Source: an uncultured Phycisphaerales bacterium (GTDB taxonomy: Bacteria > Planctomycetota > Phycisphaerae > Phycisphaerales > SM1A02). Taken from it: DNA of 64,000 bases. The stretch is taken from contig CALKEP010000033.1 in the NCBI GenBank assembly GCA_938084645.1, positions 1 through 64,000 of the forward strand. Reading direction: 5' to 3'. Below, piece by piece: positions 30,067 to 39,139 of this stretch. Numbering within the stretch: position 1 is the stretch's first letter; every line of letters begins with the position of its first letter. Both the position numbers and the translations under genes were made by a program. Under the pieces are notes generated by a model. That model searched no databases. It had not been told where the DNA came from and saw only the letters and a program-made list of their open reading frames with translations.

Positions 30067-30100
30067 GAAGAGGCCCCGCGATCGGTCGCGGGGCCTCTTC
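30067..30100. terminator. Bidirectional terminator between convergent genes
   Basis: 15-bp stem GAAGAGGCCCCGCGA-TCGG-TCGCGGGGCCTCTTC. Confidence 0.7.
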
Positions 30101-30131
30101 GTTCAGATTCGGAAACTTGACTTCACCGATC

Positions 30132-31154
30132 TCAGCGGCGGCGTCCGACACCACGAGCGGCCGGGAACGAACTGGCGTCGGGATCGATCTTGCCGTTGGC
30201 GGGATGAGCCGACTGCGGCTCGATCGGCGGGTTCGGGTTCGAGCCGCGATCGTAGGCCTGGTGGATGCGATCCCCGGCCCGGGCGGCTTCCCGCGGATAG
30301 ATCCCGTGGTGTCGGCCCCAGACGTCGTAGTACGGATCGGCGTACCCGTTGTAGTACGAGCCGTCGTAGTAGTCGTCGTTGTCGTAGCTGTAGCCGTTGT
30401 CCTCGTCGGCGTCCTGCCCGATGGGGTTGCCTTCGTCGTATCCGCGGAAGGGTCCGCCCGGAGGGGGGCCGTCGGAGGTCGCGAAGGTGAAGTGGTAGTG
30501 ATCCCAGTGTCGACGGAGCGTCGCCTGCTGGTTCTGGTACTTCTCGATGTTGGCCTGGCGCTGGGCCGGTGTGATGCCGCCCTGCTCGGACTGGCGATCG
30601 GTCGCGGGCTTCGCGGGCGTGTGGTTCGCCATCCGCTTCTTGGTCGCTTCCGCGGCGAACTTCTCGTAGTCGTTCATCCCCTTGATCGAGCGGATGTAGT
30701 CGGTCCGCTGCTGCACCTGCTGGTGGAGCTTGTTGACGACCGACCACTGGTCCTCCGTCATCACCTTCTGGGCCTTCACTTCGCGGCCGAGCAGATCAGC
30801 GTCGTCGGTCGACGGCTTCGCCGCGCCGCGGCTGCCCTGCTGCTTGACCGCTTCGGAGTAGGCCTGCTGGAAGCTCAGTGCGTGGAAGGTCGTGGGATTC
30901 TCGGACGACCACTTCACCTCTTCATTCGTCTTGCCCGCCTGCTTGAGAAAGGCGTTCATCTGCTGGAGGCGGATCTCGGCGCTCTTGCGCATGGGGCCGA
31001 TGGTGTCGGTCATGGTGTCGAGGGCGTCGAGCTCGGTCTGCAGCTGGGCCAGTGATTCGCTGGACTGGGCATGCGAGGCCGTCGGCGTCGTGACCGTGGC
31101 GGCGCCGAAGGCGATCGCGACGGCGAGGACGGGACGAGTGAGGGATCGGATCAT
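30132..31154 (-). CDS. Secreted hypothetical protein (coiled coil + Tyr/Asp-rich tail)
   Basis: AAGGAG SD; signal peptide ending SHA-Q; Gln/Lys-rich helices; YSYDNDDYYDGSYYNGY. Confidence 0.65.
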   Translation of the reverse strand: MIRSLTRPVLAVAIAFGAATVTTPTASHAQSSESLAQLQTELDALDTMTDTIGPMRKSAEIRLQQMNAFLKQAGKTNEEVKWSSENPTTFHALSFQQAYSEAVKQQGSRGAAKPSTDDADLLGREVKAQKVMTEDQWSVVNKLHQQVQQRTDYIRSIKGMNDYEKFAAEATKKRMANHTPAKPATDRQSEQGGITPAQRQANIEKYQNQQATLRRHWDHYHFTFATSDGPPPGGPFRGYDEGNPIGQDADEDNGYSYDNDDYYDGSYYNGYADPYYDVWGRHHGIYPREAARAGDRIHQAYDRGSNPNPPIEPQSAHPANGKIDPDASSFPAARGVGRRR

Positions 31155-31418
31155 CGGGACAGGCTCCTTGGGGCTGGAAAGACGCCATGGTACCTCGCCC
31201 CGGCTCCGTTCGCGTCGAGCATCGCACGATGCTCGGTGGTCGACGTGACGGCCGGGGGACGAGTCGCAAGTCCGGTCTTCGAATGACTTTGGGGGCGAGT
31301 CCGATGTGGATGGATCCTCCGCCGGCGACCGTGGTGCGAGCGCCGCACGACACCCCGCCTCACGGAGGGGGCGCCTCGGTCATCGGGTGTGAAGGTCTGG
31401 TTCGAAGCGATCGACGGA

Positions 31419-34046
31419 TCAGTACCGATGCTCGCCCGGAAGCTCGGCGGGCACGCCGCCCGCGTCCTCCTCACCGAAGTCGCCGTCGAGATCCTCGGCG
31501 GCGTTGCTTGCATCGAGGCCTTCCTCGAGTCGCTTCATGCGATGCCAGTCCTCGAGCGTGATCAGGACCTCCCGGGCGACCGAACCCTTGTGGTCGCTCA
31601 GGATTCCGGCGAGTCCCATCTGGTCGACGAGTCGGCTCGCCCGGCTGTATCCGATCGCCATCCGTCGCTGGAGGAGCGAGACCGAACCGCGACCGGTCTC
31701 GATCATGATCTCCACCGCCTGATCGAAGAGTGGATCGCGTTCCCCGCCTTCGCCTCCCGCGTCTCCGTCTCCGCCGCCGTTCGCCGCCTTGACCTTCATC
31801 AGACTGCGTTCGAAGGTCGGCCCGGCCACGGTCTTGAGGAACTTCGCGACCTGCCGCGTCTCGCGGTCGGTGACCAGGGTTCCCTGGCCGCGTCGTATCT
31901 CGGTGCTTTCGGGCGTGACGATCATCATGTCGCCCATGCCGAGGAGAAGCTCTGCGCCCTTCTGGTCGAGGACGATCCGACTGTCCATCCCGCTGGCGAC
32001 CTTGAACGAGACCCGGCAGGGCATGTTGCTCTTGATCAGGCCGGTGACCACGTTCGCCTGCGGTCGCTGGGTCGCGAGGATGAGGTGCATTCCGACGGCT
32101 CGCGCCTTCTGGGCGATCCGGACGATCGAATGCTCGACCTCCTTGTTGGTCATCATCAGGTCGGCGAGTTCGTCGATGACGAACACCATGTACGGAAGCT
32201 TCTTCGGCAGCTTCGCCCATTCGACGTCGTTCGCGGGTTCGAAGGCCTCGCGAAGCTCGTCCTCGGTGAGGTCGTTGTATCCGCGGATGTCGCGCACGCC
32301 CGCTTCTCGAAGCAGTTCGTACCGTTCCTCCATCTTGCCGACCGCCCATTCGAGGATCGCCGCGGCCTTGCCCATCTCGGTGATCACGGGGCACATCAGG
32401 TGCGGGATGTCGGAGAACTGGCTCATCTCGACCATCTTGGGATCGACGAGACAGAGCTTGAGTTCGTCGGGCCGCTTGGTGTAGAGCCAGGACATGATGA
32501 TCGTGTTCATGCACACGCTCTTGCCGCTGCCGGTGGTGCCTGCGATGAGCATGTGCGGCATCTTGGAGAGGTCGACCACGAGGGGATCGCCCGCGGAGTC
32601 CTTCCCGAGGAACATCGGCAGCACCATTTCGCGGGAGCGGCCGCTCGACATGAGCTCCTTGAGTCGCACCTTCTCCTTCTTGGTGTTGGGCACTTCGATG
32701 CCCACCGTGCTCTTGCCCGCCATGTTTGGAATGATGCGGATGTTCTGGGCCTGCAGGGCGCGGGCGATGTCGCTGGAGATCGCGTTGAGTCGCGCGACCC
32801 GGGTGCCGGGTGCGAGAAGGATCGCGTACAAGGTGACCACCGGGCCGCTCTCGATGCCTGCGACCTCGGCGTCGATCTGGAAGGTTCGCAGGGCCTCTTC
32901 GAGGATGCCGGCCTGTTCTCGAACCGTCGACTCCATGGAAGCCGAATAGTCGCCTTCGGGATCTTCGAGCTGATCGAGGGTGGGGAACTGGTATCCCTCG
33001 AAGTTCTCTTCCCGGGGGATGTCCTCGTCGCGCACCACCTCGGTCACGGCGGCTGCCATGCGGACTGGAAGTCGCTCGATCTTTCGTCGGAGCTCATCCG
33101 CGGAGGCTCGTGGCGTGGGCGGGGTCGTTGCAGTGTCCGACGCTTCCTCTTCCTCTTCTTCCTCTTCCTCTTCCTCTTCCTCTTCTTCTTCCTCCTCGAC
33201 GTCATCGCCATACCAGGCGTCCTCGTCGTCCTCCTCTTCTTCCTCCTCTTCTTCCGCGTCGCGCCGAGTCTCGTCGTTGAGCCACGCCTCGACCATCTCC
33301 GGAGGAATGCCGGCGGGCTGGAGGGTCGATCGGCGACCCACAAGTCGTTCGACCACGTGTCCGATGCCTCGGAAGGGTGCGGCGATCGCAGTTCGAATCG
33401 GGTCGAGGTCGATCCCCCGTGCGGCTTCGACCGATCGGATCATGGCGGCGGGAACCCGCAGAAGAAGCTCGTCCGCGGCGACGAGCAGGCCGAGGAGCAG
33501 GCCCGTGAGCAGGATGAGCGAAGCGCCGACGGGACCGAACCGGCTCGCCAGCGCGGCATCGAGTTCGGCGGGAAGGAGTCCGGCTTCGAGGCCGGGGATC
33601 GGGCCGGCATGCGGCCAGATCGAGACGATCCAGGCATCATGAAGACCGCCGAGCATCACGGCGGCGAGAAGCGTTCCAAGCGTTCGGACCAGGGGATGCG
33701 TGATCTGGTGCCCGCGGACGATCGCGATCAGCGCCACCGCCGCCATGCCAAGGACGAGCCACACGCCCCAGCCGAGGGTCACGTAGGACCACCAGGCGAT
33801 CAGGCTTCCCACGATTCCGGCGGGGTTCGAGGCAGGGTCGGCGTGTCGCGCGACGGAGGTCGAGGGCCAGTCGGCGATGTCGAATCCAGAGAAGGACACC
33901 GCGACGAAGACCCAGGCGGCGGCGGCGATGAGCCAGAGGATCCGCCGAAGCAGGGTGGACTCGGTCGCCTCCGGGGTGGCCGGGGCACGGCGGCCGGTCG
34001 ATCGAGTGCTGGTGCGGGTTCGTGACGGCGACTTCTTGCGTGGCAT
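31419..34046 (-). CDS. ftsK: DNA translocase FtsK
   Basis: N-terminal TM domain, PHMLIAGTTGSGKS, DELADLMM, ATQRP, gamma domain SLLQRRMAIGYSRA. Confidence 0.96.
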   Translation of the reverse strand: MPRKKSPSRTRTSTRSTGRRAPATPEATESTLLRRILWLIAAAAWVFVAVSFSGFDIADWPSTSVARHADPASNPAGIVGSLIAWWSYVTLGWGVWLVLGMAAVALIAIVRGHQITHPLVRTLGTLLAAVMLGGLHDAWIVSIWPHAGPIPGLEAGLLPAELDAALASRFGPVGASLILLTGLLLGLLVAADELLLRVPAAMIRSVEAARGIDLDPIRTAIAAPFRGIGHVVERLVGRRSTLQPAGIPPEMVEAWLNDETRRDAEEEEEEEEDDEDAWYGDDVEEEEEEEEEEEEEEEEEEASDTATTPPTPRASADELRRKIERLPVRMAAAVTEVVRDEDIPREENFEGYQFPTLDQLEDPEGDYSASMESTVREQAGILEEALRTFQIDAEVAGIESGPVVTLYAILLAPGTRVARLNAISSDIARALQAQNIRIIPNMAGKSTVGIEVPNTKKEKVRLKELMSSGRSREMVLPMFLGKDSAGDPLVVDLSKMPHMLIAGTTGSGKSVCMNTIIMSWLYTKRPDELKLCLVDPKMVEMSQFSDIPHLMCPVITEMGKAAAILEWAVGKMEERYELLREAGVRDIRGYNDLTEDELREAFEPANDVEWAKLPKKLPYMVFVIDELADLMMTNKEVEHSIVRIAQKARAVGMHLILATQRPQANVVTGLIKSNMPCRVSFKVASGMDSRIVLDQKGAELLLGMGDMMIVTPESTEIRRGQGTLVTDRETRQVAKFLKTVAGPTFERSLMKVKAANGGGDGDAGGEGGERDPLFDQAVEIMIETGRGSVSLLQRRMAIGYSRASRLVDQMGLAGILSDHKGSVAREVLITLEDWHRMKRLEEGLDASNAAEDLDGDFGEEDAGGVPAELPGEHRY
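33144..33254 (-). repeat. GAA/GAG repeats encoding poly-Glu tracts in FtsK linker
   Basis: (TTC/CTC)n on the + strand; ~18 consecutive Glu plus a second Glu/Asp run. Confidence 0.9.
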
Positions 34047-34299
34047 GACCCCCTTTCATCGGCCTTCCTGCGATTCGGGCCGCATGTTTCGGTGCCCACG
34101 AAGTTCGGGCGACGGCGGTGGGACGGTGGAACCGGCTACCAAAACGACCGATAACATCGAATATCGGCTTTCCCGGCGATGTGGAGCCGATTCGAGGTGG
34201 CCTCATCGCCGCGAACCGCCCCGCAGGCGGTCGGGGAAAGGGCGTCGGCGTCCTCGATGATCGCACCAAGCCCGAAGCCTGCGGATATCCTCCCCGCCC

Positions 34300-34746
34300 A
34301 TGCGATTCAGGCTCATCGATCAAGTGCTCGAGCAGTCGGACACCCGGATCATCGCCGTCAAGAACGTCACGAGTGCCGAGGAGTACCTCGGAGACCACTT
34401 CCCGACGTTCCCGGTGCTTCCCGGCGTGTTCATGCTCGAGGCGCTCGTCCAGGCGGGACGAAGGCTGCTCGGCGACGATGGTCGTCGATTCGTGCTCGGT
34501 GGCGTCAAGGCGCTCCGGTACGGGACCTTCGTGAAGCCCGGGGAGACGCTTCGCCTGCAGGTCGACCTCCTGAAAAGGCTCGATGGAGACGCCGTGTCCT
34601 TCAAAGGGGCCGGTGCCGTCATTTCCCCCGGAGCGGGAGCCGACGGCGGCGACACCGCGGTGTCCGGTCGCTTTACAATGCGACCAATCAGAATCGCGGT
34701 GCCCGAGGCCGCGGCGATCGCCGGCGATGGATCGCCGGCCGTTTGA
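34300..34746 (+). CDS. FabZ/FabA-like 3-hydroxyacyl-ACP dehydratase
   Basis: FRLIDQV, KNVT, DHFPTFPVLPGVFMLEA. Confidence 0.88.
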   Translation: MRFRLIDQVLEQSDTRIIAVKNVTSAEEYLGDHFPTFPVLPGVFMLEALVQAGRRLLGDDGRRFVLGGVKALRYGTFVKPGETLRLQVDLLKRLDGDAVSFKGAGAVISPGAGADGGDTAVSGRFTMRPIRIAVPEAAAIAGDGSPAV

Positions 34747-34837
34747 ATCAGACGACCACGATCCGCTCGGCGGGTCGGTTCGTGAAGCCCGATCGGTCCC
34801 GACTCCTGAAGTCGTTCGGACCGGCAAGGAGACGACC

Positions 34838-35230
34838 ATGGCGGTCATCAGTCGCGACGAGATTTTCGACAAGATCAAGGACGTGCTCGAGAACGCGCTC
34901 GGCGCGGACTCGGACGAGATCACCATGGACGCGACCTTGATCGGCGATCTCGGAGCGGAGTCGATCGACTTCCTCGACATCAGCTTCAAGCTGGAGCAGG
35001 AGTTCTCGATCAAGATCGATCAAGGGGAGCTCTTCCCCGAGAACCTCATGTCCGACGACACGCTCGTGGTCGATGGCAAGCTGACCGACAAGGCGATGGA
35101 GATCCTCCGCGAGAAGATGCCCCACGTCGACTTCACGAAGCTCGACGAGCAGCGGTCCGTCGACCAGCTCTCCGAGGTCTTCACGGTCGCGAGTCTCGTC
35201 GACTTCATCGAGCGCAAGACCGCGGCCTGA
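34838..35230 (+). CDS. Acyl carrier protein, long (130 aa) form
   Basis: DLGAESIDFLDI with phosphopantetheine Ser; ~45-aa insertion; AAGGAG SD. Confidence 0.88.
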   Translation: MAVISRDEIFDKIKDVLENALGADSDEITMDATLIGDLGAESIDFLDISFKLEQEFSIKIDQGELFPENLMSDDTLVVDGKLTDKAMEILREKMPHVDFTKLDEQRSVDQLSEVFTVASLVDFIERKTAA

Positions 35231-35266
35231 TCCGCGGCGACGTTTCCTCAACGAGGAGTACCGCCC

Positions 35267-35785
35267 GTGCGGTGGATGTGGATCGACACCATCACGGCGT
35301 TCGAGGAGGGGACCCGCATGCACGCGGTGAAGAACCTCTCCCTCGCCGAGGAACACCTTCACGACCATTTCGATGGCAGTGACGGCTTGGAGCCCTGCGC
35401 GGTGATGCCGGGCAGCCTGATCGTCGAGGGCATGGCCCAGACGGCGGGAATCCTCGTCGGATCCGTCAACCGGTTCCGGGAGAAGGTCGTGCTCGCCAAG
35501 ATCTCGAAGGTCGAGCTCGATCAGGACGCGGTTCCCGGTCAGTGTCTCCGTTACGAAGCGGAGATCGAACGGATGGACGGCGTCGGGGCGAGCACCACGG
35601 GCGTCGTTCGCCGGCTTGATCACGCCGACGGCGAATGGCACGAGATCGGAAGGATCGATCTCATCTTCAGCCACATCGACAACAACACCGGTGGTCGCGA
35701 ATTCCCGGAGGAGAACTTCGTGTTCAGCGACAACTTCCGGCAGATACTCGTCGCCGCGGGCCTGGATCGCCTGATCGACCAGTGA
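35267..35785 (+). CDS. FabZ/FabA-like dehydratase (second copy)
   Basis: WIDTI, KNLSLAEEHLHDHF, MPGSLIVEGMAQ; GAGGAG SD. Confidence 0.85.
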   Translation: MRWMWIDTITAFEEGTRMHAVKNLSLAEEHLHDHFDGSDGLEPCAVMPGSLIVEGMAQTAGILVGSVNRFREKVVLAKISKVELDQDAVPGQCLRYEAEIERMDGVGASTTGVVRRLDHADGEWHEIGRIDLIFSHIDNNTGGREFPEENFVFSDNFRQILVAAGLDRLIDQ

Positions 35786-35885
35786 ATCGCGGCCTTGCAC
35801 CAGCATCATGATCGCCCCGGGTTCCGCCGCCCTCGTCGGCCGCGGGATTCCACCTCGTTCACCTCACGATTCCAAGGAACAATCC

Positions 35886-36416
35886 ATGCCCAGACTCTCG
35901 CTGATCGAACCCGCGGCCGCCGAAGGCGCCGCCGCTGCCATCCTTGCCGGCGCACCGATCAACATCTTCAAGGGGATGGCGAACAACCCCGTGATGATGG
36001 AGGGCCTGATGGCGATGGCGGGCGCGATCGCGAAGAGCGGCGCGATCTCGCCGCTCGAGGCGGAGGCGGTCATGCTCCGCGTTTCCGAACGCAACGGTTG
36101 CGGGTACTGCCTGGCGGCGCACACCAAGATCGCTTCCGGCGTGGGTGCGGACGATGCGAAGGCCGAGTCCTTCCGACGCGGCGAAGGAACCGACGATCGG
36201 GAACGGGCGCTGCTTCGATTCGTCGACGCGGTGGTCGAGAAGGACGGGTCGATCGAGGATGCCCAGCTGGAGGCGTTCCGGGCGGCCGGGTTCGACGATG
36301 CCGCCGTGGTGGAGGTGATCGCCGCGATCGCGTGGATGACGTTCACCAATCTCTTCAATCACGTCAACCAGACCGAAGTCGACTTTCCACCGGTCGTGAT
36401 CCCCGTCGGGGCCTGA
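35886..36416 (+). CDS. AhpD/carboxymuconolactone decarboxylase family peroxidase-like protein
   Basis: E...VSERNGCGYCLAAH. Confidence 0.88.
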   Translation: MPRLSLIEPAAAEGAAAAILAGAPINIFKGMANNPVMMEGLMAMAGAIAKSGAISPLEAEAVMLRVSERNGCGYCLAAHTKIASGVGADDAKAESFRRGEGTDDRERALLRFVDAVVEKDGSIEDAQLEAFRAAGFDDAAVVEVIAAIAWMTFTNLFNHVNQTEVDFPPVVIPVGA

Positions 36417-36719
36417 CCGGTGATCCCTCGCGGTCGGCGCGCGGAAGTGGCCCCGAACGGGGAGGCAGACCGTTGCGGGGCCGATCCAGGGCACTTCCAG
36501 TGGACCGCTCCTCGCCCTGATCCGAACCGTGGAGCGATCCACTTCGGATGAAGGCCGGAGCGACCCGGCGTTCGAGGCGGTTGGCCGTCGAACACCGTGA
36601 AGACTGTCGATTCCTCGATTCGCGGGACAAGCGGGGGATGTGGAAACGGGCGCGGATTCCGCGCTTGAGGGTGGGTCTGTTCCATCTGGAGGCGTTCTCG
36701 TGCCGGTACAATCCGCACC

Positions 36720-37295
36720 GTGAGCAAGACCCCGACCACGACACCCGACGCTCGTCACCTCGCCATCTACACGGGGTCGTTCGATCCCATCACGTTGGGC
36801 CATCTCGACGTCCTGCGGCGGGCCCGCTCGATGTTCGACGAGATCGTCGTCGCGATCGGCCGCAATCCCGAGAAAGCGCCGCTCTTCGTGATGGAGGAGC
36901 GGGCCGAGATGGTTCGCAACGCCATCGCCGCCGACGAAGTGGAGGGCGCCGCGGTGCGGGTCGAGACGTACGAGGGGCTCACCGTCGACTTCGCCCGACG
37001 TGTCGGCGCCTGTGCGATCATCCGCGGCATTCGAAACTCGACCGACCTCGCCAACGAATCGCAGCTCGCCATCACCAATCGGAAGATCGCCGGAACCGAG
37101 ACGGTGTTCATCGTCTCGGGCGAGGAGTACGCCTACACCTCGAGCAGTCTCATCCGCCAGATGGCGGCGCTCGGCGCGTCGATCGAGCAACTCGCGACCT
37201 TCGTTCCACCGGTGGTGTTCGACGCCATCCGCGACAAGCAGCGTGATCCCGCCCATCCGCTCGGTGCATTCAGCCGGGACCCGCTCGTCGATTGA
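36720..37295 (+). CDS. coaD: Phosphopantetheine adenylyltransferase
   Basis: YTGSFDPITLGH, IRGIR, SSSLIR. Confidence 0.95.
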   Translation: MSKTPTTTPDARHLAIYTGSFDPITLGHLDVLRRARSMFDEIVVAIGRNPEKAPLFVMEERAEMVRNAIAADEVEGAAVRVETYEGLTVDFARRVGACAIIRGIRNSTDLANESQLAITNRKIAGTETVFIVSGEEYAYTSSSLIRQMAALGASIEQLATFVPPVVFDAIRDKQRDPAHPLGAFSRDPLVD

Positions 37296-37335
37296 TCACG
37301 CACCCCGCCGCAGGCGGGACAGGAAGCCACAGACC

Positions 37336-38034
37336 ATGTCAGTCGAAGTCCGGATCATCTCGATCGGCGCGCTCGCCAGTCACCCGCTCCGAAACGAAGC
37401 AGGGAACCGACGCCCGGGTCACGCCACCACCACCCTCATCACGGCAGGCGATCGCCGGCTTCTCATCGATCCGAGCCTGCCTCCCGATCATCTTCGGCAG
37501 CGTCTCGACGAGCGGACGGGGCTGGGTCCGGATGCGGTGACCGACGTCTTCCTCACGGATCTCCGACCGGACCGTCGGCGGGGGCTCGAGCTGTTTCCCG
37601 AAGCGCAGTGGCTGGTGGGCGAGGTCGAGCGTGACGCGTATCGCGCTGCCCTGCGGGAGAAGATGGTCGAGCTCGACGACGTCGACGAGCTCGATCGGGA
37701 CACCGAGCGGCTCCTCGAGGAGGAGGAGCGGATCGTGACGCGATTCGGGGCCGCGCCCGACCAGATCATCGAGGGCGTGGACCTCTTCCCCTTGCCCGGC
37801 GTGACGCCGGGCCTCTGCGGACTCCTGCTTCCGCTGCCGAAGGTCACGATCCTGTTATGCGGGGATGCGGTGGCCACGCTCGAGCATCTCGAACAAGGGG
37901 CCGTCCTGCCGCACGTGGCGGACCTGGAAAAGGCGACCGAGAGTTTCCGCGAGGCGGTCGAGATCGCGGACATGCTCGTCCTCGGTCGGGACAACATCGT
38001 TCCGAATCCCGTCAGGCCGATGGGACTGGGGTGA
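37336..38034 (+). CDS. Metallo-beta-lactamase-fold protein with degenerate metal ligands
   Basis: TTTLI...LLIDPS, VTDVFLTDLRPDRRRGL (HxHxDH position), LPGVTPG, CGDA. Confidence 0.7.
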   Translation: MSVEVRIISIGALASHPLRNEAGNRRPGHATTTLITAGDRRLLIDPSLPPDHLRQRLDERTGLGPDAVTDVFLTDLRPDRRRGLELFPEAQWLVGEVERDAYRAALREKMVELDDVDELDRDTERLLEEEERIVTRFGAAPDQIIEGVDLFPLPGVTPGLCGLLLPLPKVTILLCGDAVATLEHLEQGAVLPHVADLEKATESFREAVEIADMLVLGRDNIVPNPVRPMGLG

Positions 38035-38083
38035 ATTCGAGGATCGATTTCGCATCGGTGGTCGAAGCATCTAGAATGTGGTG

Positions 38084-38956
38084 ATGAGCTCCCGAGTCGA
38101 CGAACCACCCCAGCCGTCGTCCCCCCCCGGACTCCCGGAACGGATCACGCTCCGCGATCTGCGCCGATGGCGGCGCGAAGACGTCGTGTTTCCGTGCCTC
38201 ACCGCCTACGACGCGACCATGGCGCGGTGGCTCGCCCGAGCCGGCGTTCCGGTGATGCTGGTCGGCGACTCCGCGGCGGAGGTCGTCCTCGGTCTTCCCA
38301 GCACCACGCACGCGCCGCTTGACTTCCTTCTGCAGATCACGGCGGCGGTCCGTCGCGGCGCGCCCAACGCCTTCGTCGTCGGCGACATGCCGTTCATGAG
38401 TTATCACCTCGACGAACACGAAGCGGTCGCCAATGCGGCGCGATTCATGGTCGAGGGCAACGCCGACGCGGTGAAACTCGAGGCGGATGCTCGGTTCGCC
38501 TCGGTCTTCGAGCGTCTCTCCCGGGCCGGGATCCCGGCGATCGCCCACGTCGGATGCCTTCCCCAGCAGGTCCATCTGCACGGTGGCTACAAGGTCGCCG
38601 GTCGCACGGCGGAATCCGTCCGACGCGTGGTGGAGGACGCCCGGACCCTCGTCGAGGCGGGCGCGGTCGCGGTGCTCGCCGAAGCGACGACCGCGGAAAC
38701 GGCGGCGAAGGTCGTCGAGGCCGTGGACGTCCCGGTGATCGGATGCGGTGCGGGTCCGGCCTGTCACGGCCAGATCGTGGTCACGCAGGACATCCTCGGG
38801 CTCAGCGACTGGCAGCCCAGTTTCGCGGGCAGGGAGGGCCGGATCGGCCCGTCCGTGCAGGCCGTCGTGGAACAGTGGTGTGAAAAGGTCCGTCGCCGGG
38901 AACTCGATCACGATTACGAGATGTTCGACGGCGAGGCGAACCGGCTCGAGGGCTGA
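38084..38956 (+). CDS. panB: 3-methyl-2-oxobutanoate hydroxymethyltransferase
   Basis: LTAYD, LVGDS, GDMPFMSY, AVKLE, HVGCLPQ, GAG-CHGQ. Confidence 0.95.
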   Translation: MSSRVDEPPQPSSPPGLPERITLRDLRRWRREDVVFPCLTAYDATMARWLARAGVPVMLVGDSAAEVVLGLPSTTHAPLDFLLQITAAVRRGAPNAFVVGDMPFMSYHLDEHEAVANAARFMVEGNADAVKLEADARFASVFERLSRAGIPAIAHVGCLPQQVHLHGGYKVAGRTAESVRRVVEDARTLVEAGAVAVLAEATTAETAAKVVEAVDVPVIGCGAGPACHGQIVVTQDILGLSDWQPSFAGREGRIGPSVQAVVEQWCEKVRRRELDHDYEMFDGEANRLEG

Positions 38957-39139
38957 TTCGCGATCGGATTTCGCCGACCGTTTCAGGTCCGATCCCGCGG
39001 ATCTTGCCTCCAGAGGGCTTTTTTCGCGAATCCGAGGGCGGTTTCGCCGGTTGACGAACCAGCCCACCTCCGTTTTCCGAAGAAGTCGGGGGCGGCGTCA
39101 GCCGTTCGAGTCGAGAACACCGTTGGAGCACCCGCGCCC

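Noticed and set aside
31389..34025. 878-aa plus-strand ORF and similar long antisense ORFs (e.g. 3171-5555, 43182-45644, 50426-52396, 55181-57022)
   Set aside because: They mirror well-supported genes on the opposite strand and have no recognisable motifs
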